Assembly: GCA_910584575.1 (NCBI GenBank)
Contig: CAJUBG010000003.1
Coordinates: forward strand, 24,107-88,106
Source of the DNA: an uncultured Dorea sp.
GTDB taxonomy: Bacteria > Bacillota > Clostridia > Lachnospirales > Lachnospiraceae
DNA length: 64,000 bases
Direction: 5' to 3'
Positions 19,326 through 27,774 of the stretch are shown here, in pieces. How positions within the stretch are numbered: position 1 is the first letter of the stretch; every line of letters starts with the position of its first letter. A program made the translations under genes and the position numbers. The notes beneath the pieces are model-generated. The model did no database searches. It worked only from the letters and a program-made list of their open reading frames with translations, and was not told the DNA's origin.

Positions 19326-20501
19326 TTAGAATGCTTTACCTGCGAATTTCGCATAATAAAACTCGGATTTTTCTTCTGTTAGGGCAAAAAATTTCTGAAG
19401 TTTATTGATAATCCGTTCCTTCGGAGCCTGTTCCTCCAGATAATCCTGAATTACAGCTTGTATTCCTTGCTCTACGACTCTATTTGTCACTTTCTCAGTA
19501 ACTTCACTTGTCACCTTTTCAGTTATCTCACTTGTCACCTTCTCAGTTATCTCACTTGTCACCTTCTCAGTTATCTCACTTGTCACCTTTTCAGTTATCT
19601 CATTAGTTACTTCTTCAATGAGCTCATTTCTAACCTCATTCGTTACTTCTTCTCTCATTTCTTCTTTTAATTCCTGGTGTATCTTTTCTGCCCAACTCCC
19701 CATCTGAGCTGCCTCCTTCCAAAGTTCCTCATTCTCAGAAAAATCAATGTACTCCGATACTGTAGCCATAAAATCTTCTTTATGTGGATACATAATTGCA
19801 TTCAGAAAACGTAAGAGTTCGTATCCTTCATCCTCTTTATCTCCATTATACACCTTATTGCCCAGTTTGATAACCACTAACGTCATCAAATCATAATTTT
19901 CTTTTGCAACTTCATTTACCGCTGTATTTTCTGTGTTTACTGTTTCATAAACCGATATGCTGTATCGGTCTTCCGGAGGAATATCATCTATACAAAGCCA
20001 GATTCCATAACATTTCTCAAGTTGATTATAGTCTGTTCCTTCCAGAGCTAAAGATAACTGGGAAGATAAACACCTTGCAAGATAATACATCCCCCTTTTT
20101 TCAATGGGATAACCTGGTTTATATGTCTTCTGTGATTCTACATCTATATGTAGATTAATCTGTATTGTTTCTGTTGAAAGCTGAGGATTCTTGGCACGAA
20201 ACGCCAGATCAAAAGTAGATGTTTTCTCGTTTAGATGAATGAATTCTGCATTGTCACCTCTGAATTGTGTATTGGTTCTGCCAGGTGAAACTTCTTTTTC
20301 AGAGGTAATAGAATTGGCTTCTATGAATTCTGTTATTTTTTTTCGGCTGTATCCTTTGTATTCCTTAATCGTTCCTTGAAGGATGACTGCTAATATCTCT
20401 TTGCTCCGTAGGATGGTCTTACTTTGAATATCCAATCCTTCTATTTCTGCAGTAATCTGCATGGCGCTGAGTGTTTCCATGCTTCCTTTTAGTGTCTCCA
20501 T
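19326..20501 (-). CDS. Rpn-family / PD-(D/E)XK nuclease-like (putative transposase) protein
   Basis: FDLAF...HIDVESQK, YPIEKRGMYYLAR and YGIWLC motifs, followed by a repetitive helical C-terminal tail. Confidence 0.75.
   Translation of the reverse strand: METLKGSMETLSAMQITAEIEGLDIQSKTILRSKEILAVILQGTIKEYKGYSRKKITEFIEANSITSEKEVSPGRTNTQFRGDNAEFIHLNEKTSTFDLAFRAKNPQLSTETIQINLHIDVESQKTYKPGYPIEKRGMYYLARCLSSQLSLALEGTDYNQLEKCYGIWLCIDDIPPEDRYSISVYETVNTENTAVNEVAKENYDLMTLVVIKLGNKVYNGDKEDEGYELLRFLNAIMYPHKEDFMATVSEYIDFSENEELWKEAAQMGSWAEKIHQELKEEMREEVTNEVRNELIEEVTNEITEKVTSEITEKVTSEITEKVTSEITEKVTSEVTEKVTNRVVEQGIQAVIQDYLEEQAPKERIINKLQKFFALTEEKSEFYYAKFAGKAF
19484..19603 (-). repeat. 5 x 24-bp coding tandem repeat (SEITEKVT)
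   Basis: Unit TTGTCACCTTCTCAGTTATCTCAC at 19484, 19508, 19532, 19556 and 19580. Confidence 0.95.
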
Positions 20502-20729
20502 GCCATATCCTCCATATGGTGTGCCTTAACAAAGTGCCGTAATATGTCTGGGATGTGCTGCATCTCTTTGTTCTTAATAATGGTATAAAAATGATGAGTT
20601 GTCAACGTAAATCGTTCGACTTTTTTCGACTTTTTTGACTTTAATACCAGTTGTTTTGACAACTATACGTCAAAATTCCATTTTACCGATAGATTTAACG
20701 ATTTGATAAATTTATAGAAAGGATATTAT

Positions 20730-23700
20730 ATGATGGGAAGGAAAAAGTTAAAATCATTAGCCGCATTTTTGGCGACAATGTCGGCATCGTTTTTTATACC
20801 ATTGGTTGTGAACGCAGATGATTGTACTTCCATTTCAGCTACCGAGTGTATTGGCGGATGTAATGGACATACAATTAGTAATGATACAAAACGTATTCAG
20901 GTATCCGGTGGCCGTCATACAATTACTCTTGAGAATGTAAATATTGATACGTCGAAGGATGTTGATCCCAATGATCCTGATAAGCCTGTGTATTCTGCTT
21001 TTGATATTACAGGAGATGCAACTATCGAATTGACGCTAGTAGGTAAGAATAGTTTAAAAAGTCCTGATGGATATGCTGGATTGCATATCCCGTCAGGGTC
21101 GCATCTGACAATTAAAGGTGAAGGCAGTCTGGAGGCTACAGGCGGTAATAACGGCGCAGGAATTGGTAGTCAGGGTATTGACGGTGCTTCCGGCGAAGTT
21201 ACCATTGCAGTTGCAAAAACCAGTACCATTACTGCTACCGGCGGTTCAGCAGCGGCAGGAATTGGCGGCGGGCAAGGCGGCGGCTGCGGTAAAGTTACCG
21301 TTGAAAGCGGTAATGTGAAAGCAACTGGCGGCGATGGATATGTGGTTAAGCATCCAGTAACTGGAGACGAAGTGGGCAAGGTGGCTGGCGGTACAGGTAT
21401 CGGAACTGGAGGAGGCGGCGTCGGGGGAGGAGAGATTGTCCTTAAGGGCGGCGAAATAACCGCTATAGGCGGCTTCTCTGATGTAGCTGACAACGATTCG
21501 CAACGTGCAGGTATCGACTGCCAGAAGCTATCTTCGGCAGGCGGAAGCGCGAATCTCTATTCTAATAGTCCAATATCTGATTCAACGAATATAGATGAGT
21601 TTAACGGCATTGTGTGGCAGCAGAGGAAAGATTCGACAGGCAAGTATGAGACAGTAGCGGGTGAGGCTTATGGGAGCGCTGTTTTGGATAAAAATATTGG
21701 AGCTCTTATACTAAAGATACGTCCGGGATGTTCTTTGACGATTCCTGCAAATACAAACGTTAGTATAAGCAATGGAGGTTCGATATTCGGAGATAAAACT
21801 ACGAGTATCATTAATGCAGATCAGCTTATAGTAAGCGGGCAGGCATATTTATCTCCTGATGTACAAAAAAAGGTTACATTAGATAAAAAGGATATTGTCA
21901 TAACCACGCCTAATCTGGTATATACAGGCAAGAGCTTAGGCCATACCGAAAAGAATTCCAAAGATGAAGTTTATACTATATCGTCCCCAAGGCACACTAA
22001 TTCGACAACATATATTGTGGACGAGACGGGATGGGAGGCCAGGTATTTTAAAGGCGGCATTGAAGTAACTGAAATTAAGGATGCGGGATTATATCAGGTC
22101 AGATATAGTAATACAAATCCCAATGCAAATTACAGTAATTTTTCTTTTGAGGTTACCGTTGATAAAAGACAACTCGAAAGCAGCATGGTAAAAGATATTG
22201 ACGATATGCTGTTCACCGGAAGCCCACAGCAGCCTAAGGTAACATTAATGTATAACAACAAAGAGCTTGTAGAAGGCACGGATTATCAGCCACTTAATGC
22301 AGGCAGTTATAGCAATAACGTAGAAGTTGGAGATAACACGGCATCTGTTAAGATTCTTGCTTCACAGAACGGTAATTTCCTAGGTGAGCTTGAAAAGAAA
22401 TTCAGCATCAAGCCCGCAGTTCTTTCAGAAGATAGTGTAACAATCACTCCTGAGACAACAGTATACAACGGGAAAAAGCAAGAGCCTACAATCCAGGTGC
22501 TTCTCGAAGACGGAAGCGAGCTGGATAAAGATAATTATACAGTCACTCCTTCAACCGATAACTTTACCGATGCTACCGGCTCTGAGCCGATTGTATTTAC
22601 CATAGAAGGAAAAGGTAATTTCTCAGGTAAGATTACCAAGAACTATACCATCAGCGAGGCGCCATTAACGCTTACAAAGATCAAACCAAAGGATCGTCAA
22701 TATAATGGTTCCAAAGAGGTGGAGATTGAGGATGTACAATTTACCGGACTTGTAGGAACGGATAAACCGAGTGATATCACACTTGAATCAAAGGGTATTA
22801 TTGAAAGTGAGAATGTAAATGAGAATGGATACAGCACGATTACATTCGATGAATTCAAACTTGGCGGTGAAAAGGGCAAGAATTATGTAGTCGCATCCCC
22901 GCTTCCAGGAGAAGCAATCACTCTGGATACACCGGTTATTATCAGCCAGGCAGACGCGCCTGCAACGCCGGAGATTAAGTGCACATATGAAGTAAGCGCT
23001 GATTATCCTGGCAAGTTTGTTGGAACAATGACAGTTGCCAACGCCGCAGACGGCGCTGAATATCAGTATAGATGGAAAGCCAAAGACAGCGAGGAATTCA
23101 GTGAATGGCAGACCAGCAACGTTTTTGATAATATTGTTCCTGGTGAAACATGGGTTATCGAGGCTCAGTCCATAGGTAATGAGAATATTAAGCAAAGCGA
23201 GATCGGTCAGACAGAGGTAACGTTTGAAAAGCTTGAAGAAAGCAAGGTTCCGGAAGGAATTACGATGGAATTTGCTTTGAATAAGGATGGAGAAACATAT
23301 ACTGCAACGGTTCTTCCGGAACTGCCAGAGCTTGAATACTTTATCGGAAAGTCAGATGAAGTGCCAGGCGAGGAGGATTATTTATCTGCTGAATCCGGAA
23401 GGAATCCTCACATGAAGACAGATTGTGAAGCAGCTACCGAGTACACAGCTTATGTAAGATTTAAAGAGACGGCTACTCATAAAGCAAGCGAACCCGTTAA
23501 GGTAACTGGCTTTACAGAGACATTAGTTGTAAAAGAGCCAACCATATCGCTGCTCAGAGACGATAGCAGCGGCGGAAACGGCAGCGAAGATGATGCCAAT
23601 AATGAGGGCAACGAAGGTAATACTGACAATGAAGGCAGCAACGAGGAAAGCAAAGCAAGAGAGACCAGCGCTGATGATATTACCTTAGGTGAGAATGAAT

Positions 23701-25043
23701 TCCTTGAAACCGGAAAAGTAAAGATTACCTGTAAGACAAAGGGCGCAACCATTTACTATACCACAGACGGTACTGATCCGACAGATCAGGATAACGAGTA
23801 TACAGGGCCTTTTGAAATCAACGGTAAGGGAGAAACCACGATTAAGGCATTTGCCATAAAGGATGGACGGGAGGATAGCCCGACTGCCTCCGCTACATTT
23901 ACAAGAAGGCTGTTGAATGTAGAGACGCCTATAATCACACCTGAAGACGGCGAGTCATTTACCGGTTCGATTTTGGTTACGATTGAGTGTCCGACAGAAG
24001 GCGCTGATATCTATTATACAACGGATGGAAGCGAGCCGGATGTAACGAACAAAAAGCAGAAGTATAAAGAGCCTTTCAGAATTAATACATCATCAACGAT
24101 TAACGCCATTGCTGTTATGAAGGATATGGATCCCAGTGAGATGGCGACGGCTTCACTTGAGAAGTTAGAGAGCACGGTGAATGTATATTCAAGCCTTGCT
24201 ACATTTGCGACAACAGGAGAAGATACGCAGAATAATCCGATTTCAGATGAATTGATGGATAAACTGGGAACCAAGGACAAGAAAGTTGCAAGTGAATCAA
24301 TAGTTGCGCAGTTGACCGCAGAGCTTTCTGTTATTGGTAGTAATGGAGATTTCACATATGACAGGATGAGGTTTTACGATCTTGTATTGAAGGTGAAAGT
24401 TGACAGCGAGCCTTTGCGTGACGCAACCGCTGATGATTTCTCAGAAGGCGGACTTACAGTCACAGTACCGTATCCGGAAGGAACCAGCCTGGAGGCTAAT
24501 GATTTCGCGATAGCCCATATGTTTGGCTCAGGGGAAAATACCGGAAAGATAGAGACATGGCAGAACATAACTGTTACTAAGACTCCAAGCGGATTGCAGT
24601 TTACTGTTACAAGCGCGTCGCCTCTTGCCATTGCGTGGACAACAGCCGTACCAAACGGACCAAACAGCAACAACGTAAGCGGTGGTGACAATGTTGTGGA
24701 TCCGGATGGTCCGAACGGAGATAACAACGGAGATAATCAGGGAGACAACAATGGAGATAATCAGGGAGACAATAACGGAGATAATCAGGGAGACGTTACT
24801 GTAACCACGAATCCGAGAGATGGAGGCACAGGTGACGGATCTACTGCCGGCGGCAACTCAAGTACCACGGGTACCGGAAACGGCACCGTTTCCGATGCTG
24901 TCAGGTCTGCCGTATCGTCTGTACTGCCAAAGACTGGAGACACCAGTAAACTTCTAGTATGGGTTGTTCTGGCGGTTGCGTGTGTGGCTGTCATTGTAGG
25001 TGTACAGCTCAAGGCTAAGAAGGGAAACAAAAAGAAAAAGTAA
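20730..25043 (+). CDS. Large sortase-anchored (LPKTG) surface protein, paralog 3
   Basis: Signal peptide MMGRKKL..., GAGIG region, two IYYTTDG domains, PEGTSLEANDF / GLQFTVTSASP block shared with paralogs 1 and 2, LPKTG-TM-basic tail. Confidence 0.9.
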   Translation: MMGRKKLKSLAAFLATMSASFFIPLVVNADDCTSISATECIGGCNGHTISNDTKRIQVSGGRHTITLENVNIDTSKDVDPNDPDKPVYSAFDITGDATIELTLVGKNSLKSPDGYAGLHIPSGSHLTIKGEGSLEATGGNNGAGIGSQGIDGASGEVTIAVAKTSTITATGGSAAAGIGGGQGGGCGKVTVESGNVKATGGDGYVVKHPVTGDEVGKVAGGTGIGTGGGGVGGGEIVLKGGEITAIGGFSDVADNDSQRAGIDCQKLSSAGGSANLYSNSPISDSTNIDEFNGIVWQQRKDSTGKYETVAGEAYGSAVLDKNIGALILKIRPGCSLTIPANTNVSISNGGSIFGDKTTSIINADQLIVSGQAYLSPDVQKKVTLDKKDIVITTPNLVYTGKSLGHTEKNSKDEVYTISSPRHTNSTTYIVDETGWEARYFKGGIEVTEIKDAGLYQVRYSNTNPNANYSNFSFEVTVDKRQLESSMVKDIDDMLFTGSPQQPKVTLMYNNKELVEGTDYQPLNAGSYSNNVEVGDNTASVKILASQNGNFLGELEKKFSIKPAVLSEDSVTITPETTVYNGKKQEPTIQVLLEDGSELDKDNYTVTPSTDNFTDATGSEPIVFTIEGKGNFSGKITKNYTISEAPLTLTKIKPKDRQYNGSKEVEIEDVQFTGLVGTDKPSDITLESKGIIESENVNENGYSTITFDEFKLGGEKGKNYVVASPLPGEAITLDTPVIISQADAPATPEIKCTYEVSADYPGKFVGTMTVANAADGAEYQYRWKAKDSEEFSEWQTSNVFDNIVPGETWVIEAQSIGNENIKQSEIGQTEVTFEKLEESKVPEGITMEFALNKDGETYTATVLPELPELEYFIGKSDEVPGEEDYLSAESGRNPHMKTDCEAATEYTAYVRFKETATHKASEPVKVTGFTETLVVKEPTISLLRDDSSGGNGSEDDANNEGNEGNTDNEGSNEESKARETSADDITLGENEFLETGKVKITCKTKGATIYYTTDGTDPTDQDNEYTGPFEINGKGETTIKAFAIKDGREDSPTASATFTRRLLNVETPIITPEDGESFTGSILVTIECPTEGADIYYTTDGSEPDVTNKKQKYKEPFRINTSSTINAIAVMKDMDPSEMATASLEKLESTVNVYSSLATFATTGEDTQNNPISDELMDKLGTKDKKVASESIVAQLTAELSVIGSNGDFTYDRMRFYDLVLKVKVDSEPLRDATADDFSEGGLTVTVPYPEGTSLEANDFAIAHMFGSGENTGKIETWQNITVTKTPSGLQFTVTSASPLAIAWTTAVPNGPNSNNVSGGDNVVDPDGPNGDNNGDNQGDNNGDNQGDNNGDNQGDVTVTTNPRDGGTGDGSTAGGNSSTTGTGNGTVSDAVRSAVSSVLPKTGDTSKLLVWVVLAVACVAVIVGVQLKAKKGNKKKK
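24717..24788 (+). repeat. 3 x 24-bp coding repeat (GDNNGDNQ)
   Basis: Units at 24717, 24741 and 24765. Confidence 0.9.
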
Positions 25044-25055
25044 GATGATAATAAT

Positions 25056-25089
25056 GGGATGCCGAGATATATTTTTCGGCATCCTTTTT
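25056..25089 (+). terminator. Rho-independent terminator of paralog 3
   Basis: GGATGCCGA / TCGGCATCC followed by TTTTT. Confidence 0.8.
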
Positions 25090-25172
25090 ATATACTGTAT
25101 TTTGGAATCAAACTATGTTAATATTAAAAGGAAAAATATGTAAGTCTACGGAAATGGGGAAAGAATATAGAA

Positions 25173-26177
25173 ATGAAGCGTATATCCCTTGAAGCATTAC
25201 TTCATACCCATCGGAATGATACCTATGAGCAGCAGTATCAATACATTCTGGCATTAATCTCAGAAGGCAGAATAAAGCCTTTGAAGGCGTCCGGTACCAA
25301 CGGAAAGCATCCTGCTCTATACTATGAATACTGGCAGATAGAGCAGAAGAAGGATTACAGTTCATTTGAAGAAGAATTAAAATATCAGCTTCACCCTATG
25401 ATATCCATTGATTATTACCTGACACATCTTAAAAACTATGAACAGGACAGGCAATGGATTATAAGGTTGAGTGAATATCTGAAAAATAGCAGGGAAAAAT
25501 TGGATTATACAGAATCCGCCAATGAACGCAGCTTTGAGATATGGAGTCACGAGAAGTTCTTAAGCCGTGGACAGGGAAAGCGGATATTGAAGAATTGCGG
25601 TTTGGAGGAGGAGTTCCTTAATATATACCAGACAACAGAGCCGATGGCCTATTATTCCCGCACAAGGCAGGTGCCGCAGAATATTCTGATTCTGGAGAAT
25701 AAGGATACTTTTTACAGTATACGGCGCCATTTGATGGAAGAATCAAGTAATAAGAACGTCAGAAGAATTCTTGGTATGGAGTTTGAAACGTTGATTTATG
25801 GCGCGGGAAAAGGGATTCTGCGTTCCTTTCTGGATTTTGACCTGTGTGTGGAAGCGTATATGAAGGATGAAAAGAACCGGATTTATTATTTCGGTGATCT
25901 GGATTACGAAGGAATCGGAATCTATGAGAGCCTTGTGCAGATGGTTTCCGGCAGATGGGACATCCTTCCATTTGTAAGGGCGTACCAGGCTATGCTTGAG
26001 AAGGCAGACAAAACATGTGGAATGGAGAAGCTGCCGGATACAAAGGAACAGCAGAACCGGAACATACGGGAGGAGTTTTTCACACATTTCCCTGTGGAAA
26101 TAGTGAACAAGATGAAGGCTGTACTGGAATCCGGAAAGTATATTCCACAGGAGATACTGAATATAGCTGATTTTTGA
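25173..26177 (+). CDS. jetD: Wadjet JetD-like TOPRIM nuclease (DUF2220-type)
   Basis: NERSFEI, ILILENKDTF, YGAGK, YFGDLDYEG and IPQE motifs. Lies upstream of an SMC-like gene. Confidence 0.8.
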   Translation: MKRISLEALLHTHRNDTYEQQYQYILALISEGRIKPLKASGTNGKHPALYYEYWQIEQKKDYSSFEEELKYQLHPMISIDYYLTHLKNYEQDRQWIIRLSEYLKNSREKLDYTESANERSFEIWSHEKFLSRGQGKRILKNCGLEEEFLNIYQTTEPMAYYSRTRQVPQNILILENKDTFYSIRRHLMEESSNKNVRRILGMEFETLIYGAGKGILRSFLDFDLCVEAYMKDEKNRIYYFGDLDYEGIGIYESLVQMVSGRWDILPFVRAYQAMLEKADKTCGMEKLPDTKEQQNRNIREEFFTHFPVEIVNKMKAVLESGKYIPQEILNIADF

Positions 26178-26191
26178 TCGGGAGGTATAGG

Positions 26192-27763
26192 ATGGGAGTC
26201 TATTTGAATCCAGATAACAGTAAGTTTGAAGAAGCGGTAAACTCTGCCGTGTATATTGATAAGACGGGATTGATAGAATATACGAATTCAGTTCTCCACA
26301 CCATGCAGCACAATGTATGTGTAAGCCGCCCGCGCCGTTTTGGGAAGTCGATGGCAGCCAATATGCTGACAGCATATTATAGCCGCGGGTGCGATTCCAG
26401 AGAGTTATTTTCAAAATACAGGATTTCACAAAGCGATGATTTCACAAAGCATTTGAATCAATATGATACTATTTTCTTAAATATACAGGAGTTTTTAAGC
26501 AGAAGCAGCGATATTCGGGGACTGATTGAGCGTATTAAGAGGCTCGTCCTGAGAGACTTGAAAAAGGCATATCCGGATATCGATTATTTTGACGATACTG
26601 ATTTGGCTGAGTCTATGCAGGATATTTACGCAGAGACAAAATGTCCCTTTGTGGTTATCATCGACGAGTGGGACTGCATTTTTCGGGAATATAAGATGAA
26701 TCAGGAGGCACAGGAGATGTATCTCGATTTCCTGAGAGATTTTTTGAAGGATAAGGGATATATCTATCTGGCTTATATGACGGGAATCCTTCCGATTAAG
26801 AAGTACGGGACGCACTCTGCTTTGAATATGTTTGATGAATTCTCCATGATTAACCCAGGCCCCCTTGCCTCCTATGTGGGATTTACGGAGGAGGAGGTTT
26901 TTAAGCTGTGTGAAAGGTATGGGATGGATTTGGAGGAGGTGAAAAGCTGGTATGACGGATATTCCTTCGGTGAGGGCATGTCTGTGTACAGTCCTCGTTC
27001 TGTAATAAGCTGTATGCAGTTTGGTAAAATTGGAAACTACTGGAATCAGACAGAGACCTTCGAGGCTTTAAAGGTCTATATTGATATGAATTTTGACGGA
27101 TTGAAGGACGATATCCTGAGCATGATTGCGGGAGAAAATGTACTAAGCAATACAGAAGGCTTCGCGAATGATATGACGACTTTTCGGACAGAGGATGATG
27201 TGCTGACGTTGTTGGTACATCTCGGATATCTGGGGTATGATTATGAAAACAAATGTGTTTTTATTCCCAATAATGAGGTGCGCGGGGAGTATGTAAATGC
27301 AGTGTCGGTTTCTGATTGGGGGGAGATATCGGCAGCCCTTAAGAATTCTGCCGATACGTTAAATGCCATCTGGCAGGGACGGGCATCTCAGGTGGCAGAG
27401 GGAATACGGCAGGCTCATTTTGAGACTTCCCATATCCAGTATAATGATGAGAATGCATTGAGCTATACGGTTTCTCTGGCTTTGTATGCGGCGCGGAATT
27501 TTTATACGATTCATCGGGAACTGGCAGGGGGGAAGGGCTTCGCGGATTTGGTGTTTCTTCCCAGAAAGAAATTTTCAGATAAACCTGCTTTGGTGGTAGA
27601 GTTGAAATGGAATCAGAGCGCCGAAGGGGCAATCCGGCAGATACGGAGAAAAGAATATTGCCGGAGTCTGAGCGAGTACAAAGGGAATATCTTGTTGGTG
27701 GGAGTGAATTATGACAAAAAGACACGTAAGCACACTTGCGTAATCGAGCAGTCTATTAAATAG
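26192..27763 (+). CDS. AAA-ATPase-like protein with C-terminal PD-(D/E)XK domain
   Basis: YIDKT, SRPRRFGKS, IIDEWD, WYDGY motifs. C-terminal GFADLVF...VVELK. Confidence 0.85.
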   Translation: MGVYLNPDNSKFEEAVNSAVYIDKTGLIEYTNSVLHTMQHNVCVSRPRRFGKSMAANMLTAYYSRGCDSRELFSKYRISQSDDFTKHLNQYDTIFLNIQEFLSRSSDIRGLIERIKRLVLRDLKKAYPDIDYFDDTDLAESMQDIYAETKCPFVVIIDEWDCIFREYKMNQEAQEMYLDFLRDFLKDKGYIYLAYMTGILPIKKYGTHSALNMFDEFSMINPGPLASYVGFTEEEVFKLCERYGMDLEEVKSWYDGYSFGEGMSVYSPRSVISCMQFGKIGNYWNQTETFEALKVYIDMNFDGLKDDILSMIAGENVLSNTEGFANDMTTFRTEDDVLTLLVHLGYLGYDYENKCVFIPNNEVRGEYVNAVSVSDWGEISAALKNSADTLNAIWQGRASQVAEGIRQAHFETSHIQYNDENALSYTVSLALYAARNFYTIHRELAGGKGFADLVFLPRKKFSDKPALVVELKWNQSAEGAIRQIRRKEYCRSLSEYKGNILLVGVNYDKKTRKHTCVIEQSIK

Positions 27764-27774
27764 GAAGGTACACA

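Noticed and set aside
19484..19603. Possible CRISPR array
   Set aside because: Contiguous 24-bp units with no spacers, in frame within a CDS, and no cas genes in the window.
19326..20501. Rpn gene as an IS element or as the invertase for the surface-gene switch
   Set aside because: No terminal inverted repeats or target duplication seen, and no serine or tyrosine recombinase motifs. Proximity alone is not evidence.
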